From the NCBI RefSeq assembly GCF_006345805.1, contig NC_043018.1:24118001-24182000 (forward strand): 64,000 nucleotides of DNA. Direction: 5' to 3'. The translations under genes were made by a program, and so were the position numbers. Positions 36,155 to 48,654 of this stretch are shown piece after piece. The notes below the pieces were generated by a model that saw only the letters and a program-made list of their open reading frames with translations, was not told where the DNA came from and made no database searches. Position 1 is the stretch's first letter, and every line of letters begins with the position of its first letter. Source of the DNA: Octopus sinensis (Eukaryota).

Positions 36155-37983
36155 CTGACAGAAGAAACAAAACAAAAACAATCAAAGTTAAAAACCAAAA
36201 GGAATTGAAGATAAAAACTGCATTTTGTATTTGTTGTACATTTTTCCTGCATTTGCTTTGTAAATTTTAACTAGTAATACTTCTAAGTGCAGTAGTAACC
36301 ACATCACTTTACTAGAAGTAAACTGGAGAATGACACCTGACATGGAGCTCTCACCAGTAAGTCATACATGTAAATGTACACACAAGAAACTATATAATAT
36401 AAATTTGTGTGCATTTATATATATCATCATTGTGAAGGTGCATGGCTCAGTGGTTAGAGCATGGGGCTTATTATCATGAGGTAGTGAGTTTGATTCTCAG
36501 ACTGGGCTGTGTTGTGTTCTTGAGCAAAACATTTTATTTCACGTTGCTCCAGTTCACTCTGCTGTAGAAATGTGTTGCAACATCACAGGTGCCAAGCTGT
36601 ATCGGCCTTTGCCTTTCCCTTGGATAACATTCGTGGCATGGAGAGAGGAGGCTGGTATGCACCAGCAACTGCTGGTCTTCCATAAACAAATTTTCCAAGA
36701 CATGGGCCTCGGAGGGGAACTTTCTGGGTGCAATCCCATGGTCATTCATGACCAAAGGGGGTCTTTACCCTTTTTTATATCATCGTCATCATTTAACGTC
36801 TGTTTTCCTTGCTGGTAAGCAGGAGAGCTGCATCAGGTTCCAGTCTGTTGTGGTATGGTTTCTATGGCTGGATGCCCTTCCTAACACCAATCACTTTACA
36901 GAACATGTTAGGTACTTTTTACATGGCACCAACAGAGAGCTCTTGTAGGCCAATCCTCTTCAGCATTAACACTTCTACTGTGGGTATATATATATATATA
37001 TATATACCTGTGGAAGAGGTAGACCCAGGAAGATGTGGGATGAGGTGGTGAAATATGATCTTCAGATGTCTCACAGAGGCAACGACAAGTGACCAACACT
37101 GCTGGCGATTTGCTGTGCTTGAGAAGACATGGCAAACTTTGTGAAATTGTAGTCATGGCCAATGCAGGTGACCTGTAGAAATCATTTGGTACAAATTGGG
37201 GAGTGGTTGATGTTGGGAAGGGCATCCAGCCATAGAAACCAAGCCAAAACAGACTGGAATCTGGTGCAGCTCTCCGGCTTACCAATTCCAGTCAAACCAT
37301 CTAACCTATGTGACTCACCTGACATTGCTGGTTCCATCCTTCCATACCCCGACAATCGGAGATTTCATTTTCGACATCCTTTAAATTTCTCTTGAGAAAG
37401 TTCCAGGTAAGATCTATAGAGCAGCCATTCAGCCAGTTGTGGTTAATGGAAATTGTGTCTTCCTACATCAATATATATACATATACACATCTGTTAATAT
37501 ATTGAATAAAATTCCTAAGACAACTTTGTTCAAAATAACATGGATTATGCCTTAGCAAAGAAGCACATTGTTCACCCAGAAAGTGATCGTCAGAAGCCAA
37601 TAATATTGACTAGCTGCACCCATGAAAAATTCACAGAGTAAATTGTGTGCTGGTGCCATGAGAAATGTTTCTATATTGTGACAGTTACAGAATATAGAAA
37701 GAAGTGTAAATCCGATAACTATATAATCCAACCAAAATATGTTACACAAGTGTAAACAGAATTACTATTTAGCCTCAAAATACATCGTACATATTCAAAG
37801 AACCTTCTTGGTTTAATGGTATGGAACGTTCTGGTATTCGTTTACTTGTTTCTGTCATTTGATGGTGGCCATGCTGGAGCACTGCCCTTTAGTCAAAGAA
37901 ATTGACCCCTGGACTTATTCCCTGTAAGCCTGGTGCTTATTCTATCAGTCTCTTCTGCTGAAAGCTAAGTTACAGAGATGCAA

Positions 37984-38014
<31 letters not shown>

Positions 38015-41000
38015 GGTGCAGGAGTGGCTGTGTGGTAAGTAGCTTGCTTACCAACCACATGGTTCCAGGTTCAGTCTGAAGAATGCACTAGAGAAATTAC
38101 CCTGTGTAACACGATTTATGTCCTTGGGTAGCAAGAACATATTTGCTTACACCTAGAAAGTATGGAAAAGGGCTGATATTACCTTCAAACTTTGCTTTCA
38201 TCCCATTTATTCAAACCCCAAAGAATTCCTCTCAATGCATGGCTATGATACTCCCGCACTATTCCCGTTCATGAACAGAGATGCACATATTGTCAACCAC
38301 TAAGGGACATGCTGAAGTGGTTAAGGTCAAGTGATTGCAGAAACGTTTGCACACCAGGCGAAATACTTTCCAGTATTTCGTCTGCTGTTACGTTCTGAGT
38401 TCAAATTCCGCCAAGGTCGACTTTGCCTTTCATCCTTTCGGGGTCGATGAAATAAGTACCAGTTACGCACTGGGGTCGATGTAATCGACTTAATCCGTTT
38501 GTCCCCTCTGTGTTTAGCCCTTTGTGGGTAGTAAAGAAATAGGTTAAAGTCAAGCAAATCTGTGGTACTGAGCAGAATATTTGCTATAATATTTCTGCTT
38601 CAGCAACTTAGTACCGAATCTGTTTGAAATGTAATGGGAAATAGGCCAGTTTCAAAGCATTGATGTTCAGGTCACAAAAGCAAAGTTTAAAGGAAATAGT
38701 AATGACTGCCTAAAGAAGAAATGGAATTGAGCACTAATGAATTTTTCATTAGCTTTAGAGTATTGCTGCTTAGAGCAGTCAGTTATTTCTAGAGTGTGGA
38801 ACCTGTTTTTGTCTAAGAAGACTGGGCCACATGAGCAGTCCAACATCTTCATTATGGACAAACACGGCCTATCAACTTCTTGACTGTCAAAGCTCTGTTC
38901 ATGAAATATGGGATTTATTTATAAAACAATGAAACACATAAACAACAAAATGTAAAGACTTTATAGCAGGAGTAGTTTACCATGTTCCATAAAGACCCTC
39001 AGCAAGAGCAGCTTACCACATTCCACGATGACTTATCCAGAGCAGTTTACCATATTCCATAAAGAACATTAGCAAAAAGAGTTTACTAACAAGAGAAGTT
39101 AACTACATTCTATAAAAACTTATTGAGTGTAGTTTACCCTATTCCATAAAGACTCATCAAGAGTAATTTACCACATTTCTATTTCTTTACTACCCACAAG
39201 GGGTTTAACACAGAGGACAGACAAATGGATTAAGTCGATTATATCGACGCCAGTGCGTAACTGGTACCTATTTAATCGACCCTGAAAAGATGAAAGGCAA
39301 AGTCGACCTTGGCAGAATTTGAACCCAGAATGTAAAGACAGACGAAATACTGCTAAGCATTTCACCCGACGTGCTAACGTTTCTGCCAACTCATTGCCTT
39401 GTCAAGAGTAATTTACCACATTTCATAAAGATCCTTATCGAGGGTAGTTTACCACATTCCATAAAACCCCTTATCTAGAAGATTCTACCACATTTTGTAC
39501 CTACCACATTCCATACTTGATGATGCCAACCACTGGGAACGAATATGATTTCTCCAGGATGTTGAACCACTTTGTATTGCTGCGAGAGTTTCTGATAGTT
39601 TGGGTACATCTCTGGGTTGTGAACGTCTTCAGATGTGACATCAAATGCCAAATTACCAAATTTATCTCGCAGGTGCACTTCTTCACCTTTGGGAATAAAA
39701 GACACAAGAATTATAGATTAAATGGAACAGGGGTGGGGGTGACAGATGTGGTGGATGGGAATAGGGGTTCTCAAGGTGGTGAGCTGGCAGAAACGTTAGC
39801 ACGCAGGGTGAAATGCTTAGCAGTATTTTGCCTGTCTTTTCATTTAATGTCCATTTTCCATACTGACATAAGTTGGACAATTTGTCCAGAGCTGGACCAG
39901 TTTCCAGTCTCATTTGGCTTGGTTTCTACACCTGGGTACCCATCCTAATGCTAACCACTTTACAGAGTATGCTGGGTGCTTTTGATACTGGCCCCAGCAC
40001 AGATGCTTTTTCCATGATACTGGCATAGATGCTTTTTATGTGACCTGATAGGGGTGCCTGCATGGGTACTTAGTACGTGACACCAGGCACTGGGACATTG
40101 CAAGTGACACCAGGCATGGGCGCTTTTTATGTGGCACCAACACAGGGCTCTTATAAGGCAAGAGTTTCTTCTTCAGTTCCCTACATTTCTCTTGGAGTTT
40201 CCCAAACATTAATGTCATGTTGATAATACTCTTGTTGGCTCTAAATGCACACGAGCTCTCTAGGAGTGGAGGAGAGGTTTGATATAAATATCATTGGTTT
40301 TACACACACAATAAATTTGTGTGTGTGTGTGGGGGGGGTGCTAATAGAGAAATTCTGTCTTCTACAAATTGACTTCCTGTCTAAATGTGATATGCTGTAG
40401 GGTTTATTCTATGTGATTAACCCTTTCGTTACCAACCTGGCTGAAACCGGCTCTGGCTCTGAGTACAATGTCTTGTTATAAGTTTTGAATTAAAATCTTC
40501 CAACAAACCATAATCACAATTTATGTTCCTAACACAAGCTGAATGATAACAAAATTATTTTACTAAATTCTTTGTTATATTTAAAGTAATTGAAAGAAAC
40601 ACAGAGCATCTCAAAATAAATACAGTAACGAAAGGGTTAACATGGGCAGCATCAGTACTGAGGAATAGCACTCCAATATCAGAGTGGAGGGCAAGTTGAA
40701 CAGACAGCCCTATGGATGTGTGCACAAGCATATCTGTGCATGCCTATGTTACTGTGTGAGTGTGTGTATTCATGTGCACAAGCCTATCTGTGTGTACATG
40801 TGTGTATGCATGCCTATATAACTGTGAGCGTGTGTGTGTGTAAATGTGTGTATGTATATTTGCGCTTGTGCTTGCATGTATGTACATGCATATCAGAGCT
40901 TGTGTGGAGGGGAAGGAGAAGAAAAGGTCTACAGTACCGGGTGGAAATAATAGCCACTGTTTCTTTCCGCAGATATTTGCTGACCAGCTGTAGGAATGCA

Positions 41001-42771
41001 AAACATCAGCATGGAAGGGAGTCCTGAAAAAAATTACCAAAATATTTGGTCAGGAATTAACTCAATATTTATTTAACCTACCCTTTCATGCAGGTGAGCT
41101 GCTAAGTGCAGGAGGAAAGAGTGAGAGAAAGTTGTGGCGAAAGAGTCAGCAGAAGTTCGCCATTACCTTCTGCCGGAGCCGCGTGGAGCCTAGGTGTTTC
41201 GCTCATAAACCCACACATCGCTCGGTCTGAGAATCGAACCCACGATCCCTTGACCATGAGTCCGCTGCTCTAACCACTAGGCCATGTGCCTCCACACACA
41301 CACATACACATAACAAGAAACAAATAGGTAAATTAAGATGGTGTTTGGAATATAACAAAAAAAAAAAATGTGTGTAAATTGGTATATTAAGATGGTGTTT
41401 AAGCTAAGAAGAATGGGTTAATATTTTTACTCAGCAATCAAGATTCCAATGTTTACAAAACCCGAAACAGGTTACAAACATCTGATTTTATTCACACAAA
41501 CTCAGTATTTTTATCCATTCAACTGTTAATGAAGTGATGCCAGAATCTTTCTTACCAAGATCCTTTCGGTCCCATGTAGACAAAACGGTAGTCATCTTTA
41601 GAGCTCTCACCTGTATCCCAAAACTCATTGAGCCAATCAGAACAAAAATACAAGGGTGTTTTGTAAGCATTGTATTCTGGGAAAGCTCTGAAAGAAATGA
41701 AGAAAATGTTTGCATAAACTTCCAAAAGAAGAAAATTCTGAAAAATTATAAATAACTAACCCTCCTCTCAAAATTGCTGGTCTTGCACTGAAATCAAAAA
41801 CCATTATTATTATTATTATTATTATTATTGAGTGAGAGAGCAGTGCATGCCATCAAAGTGACACTGGGGTAAAATATACAAAGCCCAGTATACCCATTGT
41901 GACTACTCATCTGATAAGGGTACACCAGGCACATGCATCACAACCATATGTGCGCAACATGGTGATCTCATATCAAGATAAACAGCACATGACCTTGCAG
42001 GTGGGGCCCAGTTAGAATTTTCTTCTGGTCGAGTATCCCATCCCGCTGAAAAGGTCCCTGAATAAGGGTTGTTTAATGATGTTGAATGAAACACCCATGT
42101 TTTCAAAGGTGAATTATCCAAACCCCAAAGAATCCCTCTCAACACATGGCTATTATGCTCCCCCACTACTTCTGCTTGTGATCAGAGATGCACAGATCGT
42201 CAGCCGCTAAGGGACATGCTCAACTGGTTAAGGTCAAACAACTGACAAGCAAATCTGTGGTATTAAGCAGGATATTTGCTGTAGCCCATCTTTTATACCA
42301 AGACAAAACAATGCACATTATTATTATTAGTAATAATATTATCATTATTATTAATATTTATAGGATTGAGGTAACTCCTCCAGAAGATATAGAAGCAAAA
42401 AAAAAAGCCTCTTCTTTTTTTTGCTTTTATCTCTTCTTAAACCTAAAAATATTAACCAAAATGAAGTAGATTGACACGTTTATTTTTTGAACCTGTGTAA
42501 GACACACAAGATATCGAATTATCATTCACTTGATGACAATGGTACTCTTCTCTTTTTTGCTTCTACATCATCATCATCATCATCATCATCACCATCACCA
42601 CCACCATCATCATTATTATTACTACTACTACTATTATTAAGGAAGCAAGTTAGCAGAATTGTTAGCACACTGGGAGAAATGCTTAGCAGCATTTCGTCTG
42701 CACTATGTTCTGAGTTCAAATTTCACCAAGGTCAACTTGTCTTTGTCTTTTGTTTTTCTATAAATTTCAAC

Positions 42772-42818
<47 letters not shown>

Positions 42819-44603
42819 CTGTCCCCCACCACCACATGACAACCAGTGTTGGTGTGTTTGCATCCTTGTAACTTAGCAGTTCAGCAAAGAGACAGACAGA
42901 TTAAGTACCAAGCTTAAAAAGGAAATAAGCGCTGGGGCTGATTAGTCTGACTAATACTACTCAAGGTGGTGCTCCAGCATGGCTGCAGTCTAATGACTGA
43001 AATGAGAAAAAGATTAACAGATGAGATTTCTTACCTTACAAAATGCCAGTCTTTGAGATAAAGACACTGGTTATCGGAAGGATAGCTATTTGAAATGTAA
43101 TCTTGCCAATATTCCAAATAATCAGAAAATGTCTGTTCTACTTTTGGATGGGAATCAAATTCCTTTTCGTTACAAATTGCTACTGGAACTTTTGCATTTC
43201 CTGCAAGGCCAAAAGAGAAAAAAAAACAGTTTAATTTATTTATATATTTGATAATGCAATTTGTGAATAAATACATCATTTGTTGGTTATTGATAGACTG
43301 GCACTCTGTCGGTTACAGTGACGATGGTTCCCGTAGATCCGATCTATGGAACAGCCTGCTTGTGAAATTAATGTACAACATCAATGGAATTTGATCCGAA
43401 TGTGGCCGTAGCCAGCACCGCATCGACTGGCCTCTGTGCCGGTGGCATGTAACAAACACCATCCGAGCGTGGCTGTTTGCCAGCCTCGCCTGGCCTCCGT
43501 GCCGGTGGCACGTAAAATGCACTATCCGAGTGTGGCCGTTCGCCAGCCTCGTCTGGCACTTGTGTCGGTGGTACGTAAAAAGCACCCACTACACTCACGG
43601 AGTGGTTGGTGTTAGGAAGGGCATCCAGCTGTAGAAACACTGCCAGATCTGACTGGCCTGGTGCAGCCTTCGGGCTTCCCAGACCCCAGTTGAACTGTCC
43701 AACCCATGCTAGCATGGAAAGCGGACGTTAAACAATGATGATGATGATGAAGTGGCTGAGTACTCCACAGACATGCGTACCCATAACGTAATTCTCAGGA
43801 AGATTCAGCGTGACTCAGAGTGTGACAAAACTGGCCCATTTGAATTAGAGGTACAACTTATTTTCACCAGCTGTAGAGACTGGAGCAACATGAAATAAAG
43901 TGTCTTGCTCAAGGACATAACGTGCTGTCAGGTATTGAACTCACAACCTTACAGTCATGAGACGAATACCCTAACCACTAAGCCACAAGCCTTTACTATT
44001 GGTAATTGATATCCAATGAATCAATCAGATTTACTGCATTTCCGACAGTAAGAACAAGAAAGGAGTGTGTGTAACTTGGGGCAGAACAAATATCATTAAA
44101 TTCTTCATCCAAAGCTTATGAAGTTTTCAACGGTCTCTCTGATCTTTTATCTTTTACTCGTTTCAGTCATTAGATGGTGGCCATAGACGTGAAGAGAAAT
44201 ATGCTGACATACATAAACAGGGTCTTACCATACACTGAGCAAATGAAGGATTATATAATTTGTTTTTAATGGGTGAACTCAAAGTAGATAAAGCTATAAA
44301 TAATAGCTTGTAAATATTGGTGTTTAAAATTCCTTTGGATAGGGGAAAAAAATGCAGAAGGTTGCTAATGGGTCTTTTTCTATCCAAAGAGCATTTTAAC
44401 CCTGCTTTATCTGCTTTGAGTTAACAGTGAAAAACGAGAGGTGCAAGCATGGCTGTGTGGTAAGAAGCTTGCTTCCCAACCACACGGTTCTGGGTTCAGT
44501 CCCACTGTGTGGCATCTTGGGCAAGTGTCGTCTACTATAGCCTCAGGTCGACCGAAGTCTTCTGAATGGATTTGGTAGACGGAAACTGAAAGAAGCCCAT
44601 TGT

Positions 44604-44640
<37 letters not shown>

Positions 44641-46868
44641 GGTGTGTGTGTTTGTCCTCCCATCACTGTGTGACAACCGTTGTTGGTGTGTTTACATCCC
44701 CATAAGTTAGCAGTTTGGCAAAAGAAACCGATAGAATAACTATTAGGCTTAAGAAATAAGTCCTGGGATCGAATTGTTCGACTAAAACCCTTCAAGGCAA
44801 TGCTTCAGCATGGCCACAGTCAAATAACTGAAACAAGTAAAAGAATATGTGTGTGTGTGTGTGTGTGTGTGTAGGTAAAGGTTGTCGAATCTGTACACAA
44901 ACATCAGATACAAAAATGGATCTACATAGAAACAAGATGCAGCGTTGCATGCTTGATGGGGCTGGGTATCAGCCTAGGTTAATGGTCCCAGAAATGGCAT
45001 TATGTATAGAGCTGACCAGGTCCACCAATGCTATCCATCCCTGGTGATCCCATGCCAGCCCGTCTGCATCCTCCAAGGTGACGTTCAGCCTCTGGACATC
45101 TTCCTTAATCATGTCCAGTTGTTAAAATTTTTTTTTTTTTGCAGATTCGGAATCTCCGTAGTCGAAAAAGTGGGTTTCCGTAGGAAAAAAACAAGCAAAC
45201 AAAAAACGAAAGGGAGTGCGGTCCATGTCCTTTACCCCCGCCCTTGGAACCTTCCCTGCATTGGATCTGGAACTCGCAATAGATTGTGAAACTGCCTGCC
45301 AACATTCATGTGTATAATTTCATGTACATGTATACTTATATGAATACGGATATTGATTTGTGCATGTATATGTAAGTGTTTGGACATGTCTGTATATGCA
45401 TTGATTACGTGAAAGTCCGTATACGGTGCGAGCTGGCAGACACGTTAGCGCGCTGGGCGAAATGCTTAACGGTATTTCGTCTGTCGCTACGTTCTAAGTT
45501 CAAATTCCGCCGTTGACGACTTTGCCTTTCATCCTTTCGGGGTCGATAAATAAAGTACCCGTTACGCACTGGGGTCGATGTAATCGACTCAATACCTATG
45601 TCTGTCCCCTCTGTGTTTAGCCCCTTGTGGGTAATAAAGAAATAGGTATTTCGTCTGTCGCTACGTTCTAAGTTCAAATTCCGCCGTGGTCGACTTTGCC
45701 TTTCATCCTTTCGGGGTCGATAAATAAAGTACCAGTTTTGCACTGGGGTCGATGTAATCGATTTAATCCCTTTATCTGTCCTTGTTTGTCCCCCCTTGTG
45801 ATTAACCTCTTGTGGGTAGTAAAGAAATATATATATATATACAGATATGCTAATCGGATGTCCTGATTATTAAAATACTTTGATCCAAGAATCCTACAAA
45901 TAATTACACACACACAAATTTAGGATGTTAAACATAAAATTCACCTATTACTTCCATTTATTTTAACTGAGCGAGAAAGGCGAAAGAAGTAAAGTCGATT
46001 TCGACAGGATTCGAAATGAAAAATAAGAGGAACAAATGAAAACAGTATGAAATAATCCTTCCTTATTTTTAGTACAAGGCCAGTTCGTCTGCCGTTACGT
46101 TCTGAGTTCAAATTCCACCGAGGTCGACTTTGCCTTTCATCCTTTCGGGGTCGATAAATAAAGTACCAGTTACGCACTGGGGTCGATGTAATCAACTTAA
46201 TCCCTTTGTCTGTCTGTTTTTGTCCCTTCTGAGTTTAACCCATTGTGGGTAATAAAGAAATATATTTTGGTACAAGGCCAGCAATCGCGAGGTGGGAGGT
46301 AGAAAATTGATTATATAGACCCACAGGGCTCACTGCTACTTATTTTATCGATCCCAAAAGGATGAAATGCAAAGTCGACCTTGGCAGAATTTGAACTCAG
46401 AACTAAAAGACGGACGAAGTGCCGTTAAGCATTTTGCCCGGTGCGCAAACGATTCTGCCAGCGTGCGTTACCGTCTCCGGTGTAAAGACATGAAGTGACC
46501 CCACCATTTCATGTTACCGCCCGGTAATCTGAAATCGATTTAAAATTGACCCCGGGAGTAGCCTGAACCCGAGTTCAAATTAGAAAAGAAGAAAAATACA
46601 AACCGAAGTTAGTCTTTAAAAACTCAAATTTCGGTTTCCCTTGCTCGTCTACCCATTCTGCACGACTTCGCCAATGTCGGGTGTGTTTACAACTGAATAC
46701 ACACGGCTTGTTAGGGATTAAATAACGGAGGAAGAAGTCTTCGTATGAGATTTCTTCAGAAACATAGTCAACCGACTTAAATGAGGAGAGATTTTGTTTC
46801 CTTCTCTCATAAATATCTTCTTGTTGAAGGGTTGACGGACAATTGTCGACACAACAGTGAAATTCCAT
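35765..46868 (-). CDS. JMJD4: 2-oxoglutarate/Fe(II)-dependent oxygenase JMJD4-like (JmjC lysyl hydroxylase), 7 exons, 454 aa
   Basis: Exons total 1365 nt with consistent phases. JMJD4-family motifs: YLIPNKPCVFS, VPVAIC, CLYLKDWHF, DWLNEFWD, DDYRFVYMGPKGSWTPFHADV (HxD), SWSANICGKKQWLLFPPG, PGEIIFVPSGWHHQVWN (distal His), DTISINHNWLNG. Confidence 0.95.
36995..37310 (+). mobile_element. RTE LINE 3' remnant, ending a few bp from the JMJD4 exon 6 donor
   Basis: GRGRPRKMWDEVVKYDLQ followed by the shared RTE/SINE tail sequence. Confidence 0.6.
37319..37462 (-). CDS. JMJD4: JMJD4 exon 6 (EDTISINHNWLNG...NQQCQ)
   Basis: atgtag| ... |gtgagt, 144 nt; translated by hand. Confidence 0.95.
38332..38541 (+). 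mobile_element. Meta-like SINE inserted in an older repeat
   Basis: 13 bp TSD with 1 mismatch: ggttaaggtcaag 38319-38331 / ggttaaagtcaag 38542-38554. Confidence 0.85.
38965..39515. repeat. ~34-36 bp minisatellite (9-10 units) whose core equals the JMJD4 exon 5/intron 5 junction
   Basis: Consensus agtagtttaccacattccataaagaccttatcaag; the 14-mer taccacattccata is identical at 39450-39463 and at the junction 39502-39515. Confidence 0.85.
39180..39392 (-). mobile_element. Meta-like SINE inserted into the splice-donor minisatellite
   Basis: Reverse-complement copy; flanked by identical 23-mers tcaagagtaatttaccacatttc (39157-39179, 39402-39424). Confidence 0.85.
39505..39686 (-). CDS. JMJD4: JMJD4 exon 5 (EEVHLRDKFGN...WHHQVWNV)
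   Basis: cccaaag|gt ... gtg|gtaggt, 182 nt. Confidence 0.94.
40417..40640. mobile_element. piggyBac-type MITE family B
   Basis: Perfect 16 bp inverted ends including TTAA: ttaaccctttcgttac / gtaacgaaagggttaa; second copy at 25024-25265. Confidence 0.88.
40938..41023 (-). CDS. JMJD4: JMJD4 exon 4 (TPFHADVLHSYSWSANICGKKQWLLFPP)
   Basis: tttcag|g ... g|gtactg, 86 nt; HxD iron ligands. Confidence 0.95.
41556..41687 (-). CDS. JMJD4: JMJD4 exon 3 (AFPEYNAY...GPKGS)
   Basis: tttcag|a ... tg|gtaaga, 132 nt; not shown in the ORF track frame, translated by hand. Confidence 0.95.
41829..42320 (+). repeat. Interspersed repeat of unknown class flanked by (ATT)n
   Basis: Partial second copy at 38160-38600 and a fragment at ~25135; (att)n on both sides. 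Confidence 0.6.
43035..43200 (-). CDS. JMJD4: JMJD4 exon 2 (NAKVPVAIC...DWHFV)
   Basis: ttgcag|ga ... ag|gtaaga, 166 nt. Confidence 0.95.
43376..43750 (+). mobile_element. RTE-tail SINE nested inside another tRNA-derived SINE (43287-43375 + 43750-43988, - strand)
   Basis: Ends in gttaaacaatgatgatgatgatga; the flanks are the two halves of the family seen intact at 33458-33810. Confidence 0.75.
45430..45830 (+). mobile_element. Head-to-tail dimeric Meta-like SINE
   Basis: Full monomer then 5'-truncated monomer; junction aaagaaata|ggtatttcgtctg at 45644/45645. More copies at 46083-46262 (+) and 46272-46460 (-). Confidence 0.85.
46604..46868 (-). CDS. JMJD4: JMJD4 exon 1 (MEFHCC...KTNF)
   Basis: ATG at 46868-46866; g|gtttgt donor; 265 nt. 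The exact start codon is less certain than the internal exons. Confidence 0.88.
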
Positions 46869-46899
46869 TTCAGTTCAACAGAAACTGTTCCCCCTCTCT

Positions 46900-47420
46900 A
46901 TTTGAAGTTCTACCTGTCTCTTTCTCTCTCTCCTCTCCTTCTCTATTGAAACTTCTATCTATCGTTTTCTCTCCCTCTCTAGTTAAACCTCTCTCTGTCT
47001 CTTTCACCCTCTCTATTTAAACTTTTACCTCTCTTCCACGCTCTTTCCTCCCTCCATTATTCTATTGTTCTCTCCCTTTGTTTTATTTCTCTTTTCCTCT
47101 CTCTCTCTCTCTCTCTCCCTCCCTCCTGTCTTTATTCCTCTAAATATGTTTTCTCTCCCTTTATTTTATTTCTCTCTCTCTCTCTCTCCCTCCCTCCTGT
47201 CTTCATTCCTATAAATACTTTTTCTCTTTCTCTCTCTCTCCCCCCCTCCCTCCTGTCTTCATTCCTCTAAATACTTTTTCTCTCCCTTTCTGGTCCTGAT
47301 TCTCTTAAATCTTTTCCAATTCTTTTTGCATTCTGTCTAACTTTCTTTCTCTCTACACGTACCTTACATTCGTCTTTCTATCTATTTATTTTACACTCTT
47401 CCATTTCTCTTCCCTGGCAA
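46900..47420 (-). promoter_or_regulatory. GA/CT-rich tract directly upstream of JMJD4 ATG, with three tandem ~60-70 bp units (47100-47290)
   Basis: (CT)n-rich polypyrimidine on +; unit ctctctccctccctcctgtctt(c/t)attcct.taaata repeated three times. A promoter or 5' UTR role is inferred from position only. Confidence 0.45.
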
Positions 47421-47877
47421 TTATTAAATAACCTGATTATGACACCTAAAAATTGGGAATAAACATCTTGTTTTAATTCTAAATGTGTCTTTTATTCCAT
47501 AACAAACAGAAAATTTGAGTAATTTCCAGTGAATATTCGTTTAACTATAACAATAAATGTGGTAATCTCCAAGAGAAAGATACGGATCCATCAGCGAGAC
47601 AATTCTTTGCAGTTAATTTCCTTAAGTGACTAGGGAGATACAAGAACTTCTGATGTATTCGACATAGAAAAACTGGTTATTCTGTGTTTAGTCAAAATAA
47701 GAAGAATGTAAAATGTATAAGATGTAGTAATTCCAAGATGATGATCTCAAGATTTGGTCGATGTTTTGTTAACTCTTAACAAACGAGTACAAACACAACA
47801 CACACAGACATCTTTTATCCTTTGTTTCAGTCATTGAATTGCGGCCATGCTGGGGCACCGCATTGAAGGGTTTAGCC

Positions 47878-48393
47878 CAGGGGTTCCCAACGATTTTTTT
47901 TATCTATGGACCCCTTTGATTACTATTTTAGGATCTTTTCGGTTTGAACGGCAGTTTTTAACATAATTTCTAGGTAACTAAAAAGTTTTAAACTTCATAT
48001 ACTGGTAGAATGTGTTTATAAAACATCTTTTTCTCTTGGCTTTATTGAGAAAATTATATAGTTTGTAAGATATTTATTCCTAAAATAGATTAAAATGCAA
48101 TAGATCGATACTAGGGTCATAATTATGGGTGACAATTTCATATGACACCGCTAGAAAAAACTGCCGTTCAAACCGAAAAGATCCCTATTTTATTCTGGTG
48201 GGCCCTCATCACCATTCGATGTTTAGAAACAACTTTATAGAAACTTCTTTCAAAATTCCTCTAAAGCAACATTTTTTTTCAGGGGCCCTTAAAATACTAT
48301 TGTAGACCATTTACTACTTTGTTGCGTGGATCCCGCCCCTCCCAATTTATATGGACCCCCAGGGGCCATATGGACTCCGGTTGAGAACCCCTA
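47878..48393. mobile_element. hAT-type MITE
   Basis: TIRs caggggttcccaac / gttgagaaccccta; 8 bp TSD gtttagcc (47870-47877) / gtttagtc (48394-48401); another end fragment at 58768. Confidence 0.85.
47931..48184. mobile_element. MITE with GG-terminal TIRs and 8 bp TSD (Merlin-like), nested in the hAT MITE
   Basis: TIR ggatcttttcggtttgaacggcagttttt and its reverse complement; perfect TSD ctatttta 47923-47930 / 48185-48192. The superfamily assignment is inference. Confidence 0.85.
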
Positions 48394-48654
48394 GTTTAGT
48401 CGAACTTGGTACTTATTCTAACGCTCTTTCTTGCCAAATCGCCAACTGACTGGACGTCAGCAAACCGTTACCGGTTGTCAAGCGGTGTCGGATGGGGTGG
48501 ACAAACACGTGTGTGACGGGCTTATTTCTGTTTCCGTCTACCACTGACAGGGTTTCGGTCGTATCAGGGCTATAGAAGACACCTGCCTCGGATGTCGCGC
48601 AGTGGGACTGCAAACATCTTACCACACAGCTTGCGCAAACTTTTATATATACAG

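Noticed and set aside
35765-46868. Functional link between JMJD4 (eRF1 lysine hydroxylase in mammals) and the neighbouring split stop codon of KPNB1
   Set aside because: Adjacency of convergent eukaryotic genes does not imply shared function; nothing in the sequence supports it.
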